Positions 54,900 to 64,000 of a stretch of DNA of 64,000 nucleotides are shown here, in pieces (position 1 is the first letter of the stretch; each line of letters starts with the position of its first letter). Source of the DNA: Eledone cirrhosa. Lineage: Eukaryota. Location of the stretch: assembly GCA_964016885.1 (NCBI GenBank), contig OZ024752.1:25234001-25298000 (forward strand). The letters run 5' to 3'. The position numbers were made by a program, and so were the translations under genes. The notes below the pieces were generated by a model. It made no database searches and was not told where the DNA came from. It was given only the letters and a program-made list of their open reading frames with translations.

Positions 54900-55036
54900 A
54901 GAAAGTGATGTTTTTTTTACAAAATGAAAAATAACCGAGGTGTCCTACACGAGTGAAAGTATAAAGAATAAGAGATGAAATCGAAAATGCAACTGGAGTC
55001 TTATTTTTTTAAAAATATATATATATTTATTTGGTT

Positions 55037-55074
55037 CCTTTACCGGTTTCGCAGTTCTTCTGCTTTTCAAAAGG
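55037..55074 (-). ncRNA. Minimal HHR, U3-A8 variant, in a solo pLTR 54898-55110
   Basis: CCTT-TTGAAAA-GCAG aagaa CTGC-GAA-ACCGGT-A-AAGG. Confidence 0.8.
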
Positions 55075-55105
55075 TGAGTTGAGATGGAGGGTCTGTGGTT
55101 TTTCT

Positions 55106-55177
<72 letters not shown>

Positions 55178-55183
<6 letters not shown>

Positions 55184-56160
55184 CCACCCCAAACGCCTCT
55201 ACCATGCTTCAAGGAATGCCTCAACAGCATAAAGTGTTTCATCCAAGAGTGTCACCCTGAAAACATCTTAATGATGGGGGACTTCAACCTCCCCGGAGTT
55301 GACTGGTCCACAAACAGCCTGCCACCAGGTTCTTCTGCCTCAATGTCTGACAGGGAAGCAGTAGAATGGCTTCTTGACTTCATGGATGATTTCTTCCTGT
55401 CCCAACTGGTGCTCGAACCAACGAGGTGCCACAAAAACGTCCTAGACTTAATTTTCAGCAATCACACTGACACTATCCACAATATTGCAGTGGGGAAAAC
55501 TCTACTCTCTGATTATGTCATGTCATCTCTCCTGTCCATCCGTTTGATGCTATGGATTTCCACAATGCAAACTGGGAAGCGATCAGTCATGATCTTGCAC
55601 ATTTCGACTGGTCCTTCACGCACACTCACACACCCACTAACATCAAAAAGTCCTGGCAGACATTTGTGGACACTGTTACAAACATATGTGCAAAACACAC
55701 CCCATTAAGAACTATAAACAAATCTAAGAGCAGAATCCCTAGAAAAACGCTCATCAGGAAAATTAAGAGAACTATCAAAAAAATCAACAAGCTGAAATAC
55801 TGTCAGCAGCAACACATCAACTTGACTGCCATTTCATCACTAGAGATTAAAAAACATAACCTCCAAAACAACATGATGTCTATCATAAACAATCAGAGAA
55901 GAGCTGAAGAGGCCTGGGCCATTGAGAAGATCAAACTCAATCCCAAAGGGTTCTTTTCATTTGCAAAAAATCACAAAATCACTGGCTCTACTGTTGGCCC
56001 TCTCATTGATGAAAATGGCACTCTTCAAGACAATGCTAAAACCATGGGTGAGATACTGCAGAAACAATACTGCTCTGTTTTCAGCAATCCTGATATGGCC
56101 GATCTTGGCTGTATCGGCGATGTTACTCCCCATTACACCTTATCGGACATAATGTTTGGC
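55178..56160 (+). pseudogene. CR1-group LINE ORF2 fragment (APE endonuclease C-terminal half plus linker)
   Basis: YRPP, GDFNLPGVDW, QLVLEPTR..NVLDLIFSN, ANW, IKLNPKGFFSF, VGPL. Confidence 0.85.
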
Positions 56161-56166
56161 GTTTGG

Positions 56167-56519
56167 CGCCATTTTGTTTCTGTGTGTGACACACACAGAA
56201 ACAAAATGGCGTAGGACAGAACGAAGGAGAGGCACAAAAATAAAGAAAAGAATCCCCAGTCACTGAAGAGGTCACAGAATGTGTGACGAAAGAACTTTGA
56301 CAATATATAAACAACTATATGGTTGTGGAACCAACCAACCAACCAGAAATTTATAGATTTATAAATTCCTAAATTTATAAATTTATTATAATAAATTGAA
56401 GTGACCAACTGGTGCGTGTGTTTCTTACTGGCAACATGACCCTCCCAAAGTATAACAATATCGGTTTCAACACACGATTTCAGATAAAGAGTCTTGGTAA
56501 ACAAATTCAGAAACGAAAT
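56167..56519 (+). mobile_element. Family A solo pLTR with a 22-bp snap-back at its 5' end
   Basis: CGCCATTTTGTTTCTGTGTGTG-A-CACACACAGAAACAAAATGGCG, then pLTR to AAACGAAAT(AT)n. Confidence 0.88.
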
Positions 56520-56535
56520 ATATATATATACATAA

Positions 56536-56577
<42 letters not shown>

Positions 56578-56601
56578 ATAAATATATATATATATACATA
56601 A

Positions 56602-56644
<43 letters not shown>

Positions 56645-56782
56645 AATATATATATATATACATAAATATATATATATATATATATATACATAAATATATA
56701 TATATACATAAATATATATATATATATATACATAAATATATATATATATATACATAAATATATATATACATAAATATATATA

Positions 56783-56852
<70 letters not shown>

Positions 56853-56874
56853 GTAAATGTATATATATATTTAT

Positions 56875-56923
56875 GATTCCTGATGATTTCTAAAGAATGA
56901 AACAGTTCTAGTCCTGTAGAATC
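56875..56923 (+). ncRNA. Type I HHR (U10.1/U11.1) in a ~140-bp orphan pLTR
   Basis: GATTC-CTGATGA-T TTC taaa GAA T-GAA-ACAG ttctagtc CTGT-A-GAATC. Confidence 0.8.
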
Positions 56924-57120
56924 TCATCTACATTAAAAGCTTTATACTTTGCAATGTATTGAGTACCTTACTTACTGTGGTTACCTCCGATTCAACCCGG
57001 AATAACGTACTATATACATAAATATATATATATATGCAAAAGTTCTATTTAAATTGTTGGGATACAACAAGCAAATATTTTTATAACTGATATAAAGCAC
57101 TCGACAAGTATTTGGAGTAA

Positions 57121-58045
57121 ATATACGATATTAACAAATGGAAACTATATTTATAAAACCATATTTATTTCATTATACATATTTCAAGGACACGAAGTTA
57201 AATTATGGTATGCCTTCATCAGACAAAATACAATATATACCAGTTTTATAAATAAGCATTGACGTACCCTTTGAAAATGCAACCGTTACTTTTGGAAGAC
57301 ATCAGGATAGTGGGTTTGTTTATTTTAGTAATTCGTTGTGTTAAGGAGAAGAGAGAGTAAAGTGGAGAAAAGAAAGGGCGAGATAAATAAAGAAAAAGAA
57401 GAAAGAAAAAAGAAAAAAAGAAAACAGAGAAAAACAGCAGAGAGATATCAAACCACCAGACAGAGAGAAAAAATCAAGAGAGAGAAATATAGAGATAGAG
57501 AGAGGGGGAGAGAACGAAAACCTTAAGTCATGTCATATTAAGTTGAGTTAACAATTGAGATGAAATGAATAAATAAAATTAGAAATTAGAAATATGAATA
57601 TTAATATTTCTAATTTTATTTATTCATTTCATCTCAATTGACATGACTTAAGGTTTTCGTTCTCTCCCCCACTCTCTATCTCTATATTTCTCTCTCTTGA
57701 TTTTTTCTCTCTGGTGGTTTGATATCTCTCTGTTGTTTTTCTGTTTTCTTTTTTTCTTTTTTCTTTCTTCTTTTTCTTTATTTATCTCTCCTTTTCTTTT
57801 CTCTTCGTCTTTTTACTTCTCCTTAACACAACGACTTACTAAAATAAACAAATCCACTATCCTGATGTCTTCCAAAAGTAACGGTTGCATTTTCAAAGGG
57901 TACCTCAATGTTTATTTATAAAACTGGTATATATTGTATTTTGTCTGATGAAGGCATACCATAATTTAACTTGGTATCCTTGAAATATGTATAATGAAAT
58001 AAATATGGTTTTATAAATATAGTTTCCATTTATTAATATCGTATA
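57121..58045. repeat. ~920-bp fold-back with purine/pyrimidine arms and an HHR-like motif (57941-57995 plus; mirror ~57170-57226)
   Basis: Centre ~57598; arms differ by scattered substitutions and one deletion; CTGATGA-AGG...CCT T-GAA-ATATGT-A. Confidence 0.8.
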
Positions 58046-58080
58046 TATATATATATATATACATAAATATATATATATAT

Positions 58081-59173
58081 ATTTCGTTTCTGAATTTGTT
58101 TAGCAAGATTCTTTATCTGAAATCGTGTGTTGAAACCGATATTGTTATACTTTGGGAGGGTCATGTTGCCAATAAGAAACACACGCACCAGTTGCGTTCA
58201 CTTCAATTTATTATATATTTATAAATTTACAAATTTATAAATTTATAAATTTCTGGTTGGTTGGTTGGTTCCACAACCAGATAGTTGTTTATATATAGTC
58301 ACAGTCCTTTATTAAGATAGTAGAAAGACCAGGTACCTCCGTAAAAACACTTATTAGCAAGACATACCCTTTTCAAAGACCCTCATGTATAGATAAGAAA
58401 TGTATAACCTGTAAAATAAGCCCCCATATTAACTGTAAAACTAGAAATGTAGTGTATAGCATAAGATGTACTGAAGGACAATGTAGAAACAAAAATATAG
58501 TGTACATAGGTGAGACAGCTCGTAGTATAGGGGAACGGATAAATGAACACTGGCGAGACCTTCAAGATAATAAAGAATCATCTGTACTCTACCAACATGC
58601 TAAGATAGAACACAAGGGTAAATTAGAGAACATAGAAATAAAAATAGAATCTACACACAGAAAAGATGCAATGTTTAGACAAATTACAGAGGCAATAAAC
58701 ATAAAAGAATTACAACCAAAATTAAATAGAAAATATGAGTGGAACAGCAACATCACAACTTACAATTAAGGACAAAATGAAAACACACACACACATAGAA
58801 CAAACAACCAACCAATAACATGTAAATAAATAAATAAATAAACAAATAGATAAATGAACATAAACACACACAGACACCCGGATGTGGCGCATGCGCAAAC
58901 TGAGCACACAACACACACACAGAAAGAAAATGACGTAGGACAGAACAAAGGAGAGGCACAGAAACAAAGAAAGGAATCCCTAGTCACTGAAGAGGTCACA
59001 GAGTGTGTGACGAAAGGACTATGACTATATATAAACAACTATCTGGTTGTGGAACCAACCAACCAACCAGAAATTTATAAATTTATAAATTTGTAAATAT
59101 ATAATAAATTGAAGTGAAAGCAACTGGTGCGTGTGTTTCTTATTGGCAACATGACCCTCCCAAAGTATAACAA
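58081..59173 (+). mobile_element. Family A 5'-truncated copy with an inverted pLTR piece (58081-58310)
   Basis: ORF 58452-58769 GIY-YIG; pLTR 58770-59173. Confidence 0.9.
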
Positions 59174-60272
59174 TATATATATATATATATATATACATAA
59201 ATATATACATAATGTATATATATATACATTTTGTATGGCTTTAATCTTTCAGAAGACAAGGAAAACACACAAATTTTTTGTGCTTTGACGCAATTATTTT
59301 GAAGTATATTTTTTATATATTAGCGTTTTAAACGTTTATTTTCACCGTGTGATACCCTCCTAAAAACAAAAACAAAAAAAACAACACACACACGTGCTTT
59401 CTATTTTTCTTTGACTACCATACAGAGTATACGTAATTTAATTTTAATTTAACTTAAGTAGATCTTGTATTATTTTGATTTTTCTGAGTAACATAATTTA
59501 ATTTAATATAATTTTATTTGTTTTTGACTCGGTGAGCATGTGTGTTTGTTGTTTCTTGTTTGATATATTGATATTACAATAACTATGGTCAATCTATACG
59601 GTTCCCGTTATTTATATTTGTAAACAAACATTTAAATTCAACTTAACTACAACTTACATCGTGTTTCTATATCTTTAACATTTTGAGTTTCTTTAATTCA
59701 TTCATTTAATTTAAAATTTATTTTCGATTCATCTTATTTTATTTTTATTTCATCTTAACTTATTCTGTCTCCTTTATATTTCATGTGGATATCATTTGAT
59801 GTTCACTTTGTTTTGGTGTTTTAATCGCGAAATATTCTTTGAACGATATTTATTACTAATATTTATAGTTCTCTTTGACCGCTCTCACACTCACTTTCTG
59901 AATTGCTATTTCTCACGCTGTCTCTATCTCTCTCCTTCCTCCCTCTCTCTCTCTCTAGATCACACGAGCTCTCTCCCTCTCTCTCTCTAAATCGCACCTT
60001 GAATTTCTCACCGGATTTATCTATCTCCTCTCTCTCTATCTAACCTTTCCCCCCACTCTTCCAGCTATCTCTCTCGCTCCTCTCTTCTGTCTCTCTCCCC
60101 CTTTTCTTTTCTTTTCTTCTGTTTCTTTTTATCTCTTTCTAGATCGCACAAGCTCTCTCTCTTTCCTCTAAATCGTTCCTTCAATATCTCACTGGACTTA
60201 TATCTCCCTCTCTCCCTCTGTCCCTCTCTAACCTCTACCCTACACTTCTCTCTTTCTCCCCTCCACAGCGAA

Positions 60273-61195
60273 ATGGACTGCATACAGGAAAAAGGTGAAA
60301 TTAGGAGTCAGCGAAACTGGTCAAAGATGGAACTAGCGGTTTTGATGAAGGGGTGGACCATGGTTGATGGGTCTCCACCAAGCAAAAAGATGGCGGAGAA
60401 CCTGAAGAGCCATGGGTTTCTGAGGACCCTGGCACAGATAGAGAGAAAGAGAAAAGAAATTGAGAAGGCGTATGTCCTCATAGCGCCACATATGGCGATG
60501 CTAAGCCGTGTCCTCAGGGAGGAGAAAACCGAAGAGAAGGGAGAGGAGAAAGAGAAAGAAAAGGAGGAGTGCACAAGCACGGACCTGAAAGAAAATGATA
60601 TACCCTCCACCACAGCAGGGAGGGCAGGCCGGGCAACCAACAAGCAAAGGGCAAAGGTAAAAAGCGAAATCACCTTCCGAAGGAGAACCAAGCGCAGAGG
60701 GACCAGTGGACAACTGTTCAAAGGAAGAACAGAAAGCACCGAGACACTGGGAGCAAAAAAACCCAAGTAATGTGCAAGTCTTTCAAGAACGGGACATGCT
60801 GGCATGGAGAGACAGGGATGGGATGCAGATTCGCCCACCCTAGGTCTCAAACGAACTATGCCCATCATACTCGCGCAACATGCCCCAGCCAAAGCCGAAA
60901 TAAGCCGCTCCAGAAGTATGCTGATGTCGCGCGTGCCGCACCAACAAGGAGAAGGCACGCACATGCTGACGAGATGCAGATGGCAGCAGCAGAGCAGAAA
61001 AATTTTTTAGTGATGGCAGAGAAGATTGTGGGACAGCTGACCTGGTTGCATCGTCTCCAGAGCCAGGGTCATCCACACCAGCACTCGAGACCACCACAGT
61101 TAAGGTACCCAGAGTGGCCACCGCTGACACCAGACCAGGTGTCATACCTACAACCATTACTGGCCCCCCAAAAGTCACACCAGTGCTACTGCTGA
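60273..61195 (+). pseudogene. ORF1 of a CR1-group LINE (Myb/SANT-like N-terminus, CCCH zinc finger); frameshift at ~60765
   Basis: NWSKMELAVLMKGW...MAENLKSHGFLRTLAQIERK; CKSFKNGTCWHGETGMGCRFAHP; overlaps the start of ORF2; CT-rich leader upstream. Confidence 0.7.
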
Positions 61196-63942
61196 ATGTC
61201 AGAGGCCTGGTGAAACTCAGTAACATGAGTAAAATTTCCTACCTGGGAGACTTAGCCATAAGCAATCAAGCATTATGCATGGCACTAACCGAAACGCACC
61301 TGACAAGCAGTATAGCAGATTTAGAAATACATATACCGAAATATACTGTATTTAGTTCGGACAGGAAAGAGAGAACTCATGGTGGGGTTGCTCTGTATAT
61401 CCGTGAAGATGTCACACCAATTGTACTGTTGACACATTCAAACTCAGTCTGTGACACACTGATAGTACATATGAAGCAACTACAGATAGTAATATGTGTC
61501 ACATATCGGCCGCCCGATTCCCCCAGTCATGAGGGTAAATTTGAGGATAGCCTAAGTAGGATAGAAGAGGTCTTTGACAAACTGGTCCAGGGTCTCAACA
61601 TTCTACTGCTGGGAGACTTCAACCTACCAAAGGTCAAATGGCCTGAGGGCCACCTCCTCCCTGGAATGACGTCAATAGAACAGAGACAGACGGAATCCCT
61701 GCTGGCCCTCACACAGGCTGTTCATGGAGCAAACAATACTCCTCCCAACAAGATGGGAAAATGTCCTGGACCTCTGTTTTACAAACAACGAAGTGCTCAT
61801 CCCCAATGTAAAGGTGACACCAACAATTCTCTCATAACTTAGTAGAGCTAATGATATGTGGTCCAAGAGAACCAACAGAGACAAAACCACCAAGAAGCTC
61901 CGGGAGGTTATGCAGCCTTAACTTCTACAAGGCTAACTGGAAAAAGATTAAGAGAGAAATCCGGAAGCAAACATGGAGTGAAAACACCGCCACACAAGAC
62001 AATTTTAACACACAATTTCAATACTTCATGACAACGATACACACTATATGCAAAAAGTTTGTCACGGAGAAAAAGGCAATCAGACACAAAAATCTTATTC
62101 CCAGAGACAGAGATAGGAAATTCCTTATGAGAGGTAGAACCAAACTCTCAAACCAGTTGAATAGTCAACAAAACAAAAACAAGAAGGAATCCTATTTGAA
62201 ATGTGCATTACTTGGCACCGAGATTCCACTCAAGCTTTCCCATGAGAATGAGAGGGCAAAGAAAGAGAACAGGGCCATAGAAAACATTAAAACAAACCGT
62301 AAGGCCTTCTTTAAATTTGCAAAAGAAACTGCCTCAGTATACTGCAAGATTGGGCCACTCTTCCATACGGACGGTTCATTAACCGAAAACCCCCAAGAGA
62401 TATGTGAAATACTGAACGAACAGTACAAAAGTGTGTTCACATGTCCACTGAGGCACATGCCACAACACTACATGAAGAAATGGCTACCATCAACCACATA
62501 GACATAACGGAGGAGGATGTGGTGTACGCCATTGATGAAACTAGAACAGACTCGGCTGCTGGACCTGATGAATTCTCACCAGTTCTCTTAAAAATATGTA
62601 AGCGGGCCTTAGCAACTCCACTGAAGATGCTCTTCAGAAGCTCCTTGGCTAGCGGTGTACTACCCAGGGAGCTGAAAGAAGGCACAATATGCCCTATCCA
62701 TAAAGGAAGTAGCAATATGCCCTATCCATAAAGGAAGTAGCAGAGCGGAGGCCAAAAACTATAGGCCAGTCTCCCTGACGTCGCATTACAGTAAGGTCAT
62801 GGAGCGAATCGCATTACAGTAAGGTCATGGAGCGAATCGTCAGAAACTAATCACTTTCCTCGAGGAAAATGACCGTCTGACTAGCACGCAACATGGCTTC
62901 CGTCCAGGAAGAAGCTGCCTTACACAACTGCTACATCACTACGACTGGGTACTGAAACAACTACTGGACAGCTCACATGTGGATGTGATATATCTTGACT
63001 TTGCGAAGGCCTTTGACAAGGTCGACCACGGAATGATATGTCACAAACTACACGGACTCGGCATATCTGGAAAAGTAGATGAGTGGCTGCATGGCTTCCT
63101 AAGGGACAGAAGCCAGGCAGTCACAGCAACTGCGGCCCTCTCAAAGGAAACACCGATAACAAGTGGGGTGCCCCAGGGGACAGTCCTGGGACCACTACTG
63201 TTTTTCCTGGCTCTCTCAGACATACCCTCTATAGTACATACAACAACATCCCTCACTAGCTATGCTGATGACACTAAGGTAGCACAGGCAATCAAAAACC
63301 CGGCTGACGCTGCCCTTTTACAGCAGGATCTGGATGCCATATACAAATGGGCGGAAGAAAACAACATGCAGTTTAATGCTGGCAAATTCCAAGCCCTACA
63401 ATACAAACCTCCAAACAAACCTGCAAACACAAATATAGTACAACACAACTACACAGGACCGGGAGGGACTGATATCCCCGTGTCAAAATCGATACGAGAC
63501 CTGGGCATAGACATGAGCGATGATGCATCTTTTTCTTCACACATCATGAAAGTGGCGACAATGTGCAGACGACTCGCTGGCTGGATCTTGAGGACTTTCC
63601 GGACAAGAGATCGAGACACCATATTGACACTATGGAGGGCATTTGTCCTAAGCCACCTGGACTACTGCTCCCAGTTGTGGTCACCCCATAGTGTCAAACT
63701 AACCACGGAGCATGAGGCAATCCAGCGAAGCTACACCAAGAGGATTGCCAAGATAAGGGAGACAAGCTCCGTGGAATGAAGACGGGAGAGATACGCAGTG
63801 ATCTACATGTGGAAAATCCTGGAGGGACTAGCACCAAACTTTGGCATTGAGAGCTGGACCAACCGTCGAACAGGACGTCACTGTGTGGTGCCAAAGGTCC
63901 CGTCTTCCACATCTAGAATAAAGAGCAGGTATTGCAATAGCC
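61114..63942 (+). pseudogene. CR1-group LINE ORF2 (APE + RT), multiply frameshifted
   Basis: LLNVRGL, LTETHL, HGGVALY, YRPP, GDFN, AGPDE, NYRPVSLT, QHGFRPGRSC, YLDFAKAFDKV, SGVPQGTVLGP, YADD, LDYCSQLWSP. Confidence 0.92.
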
Positions 63943-64000
63943 TATATGTATACAGACATACAGTAGCATGCACATATATATATATATATATATATATATA

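Overview
Eukaryotic, gene-free, extremely (TA)n-rich window. The tRNA-derived SINEs resemble octopod cephalopod SINEs (inference from recall). No host gene is supported, and the many Tyr/Ile ORFs are microsatellite translations. The non-microsatellite DNA is almost all retroelement. It contains (i) at least six families of Penelope-like elements (PLEs; RT + GIY-YIG), including one uninterrupted 1244-aa ORF (46524-50258, minus) in a partial-tandem plus inverted arrangement; (ii) many short non-coding elements arranged as fold-backs or direct repeats; and (iii) RTE- and CR1-type LINE remnants and tRNA-SINEs. Reading by eye finds about 30 type-I hammerhead ribozyme (HHR) motifs from more than a dozen sequence families. 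Several non-canonical cores recur in unrelated families: U3-A8; C4 with A10.1/G11.1; an extra base after A9; U10.1/U11.1. Most inserts are inverted duplications bounded by (TA)n. Element boundaries are approximate; all ribozyme folds were made by hand and are untested.
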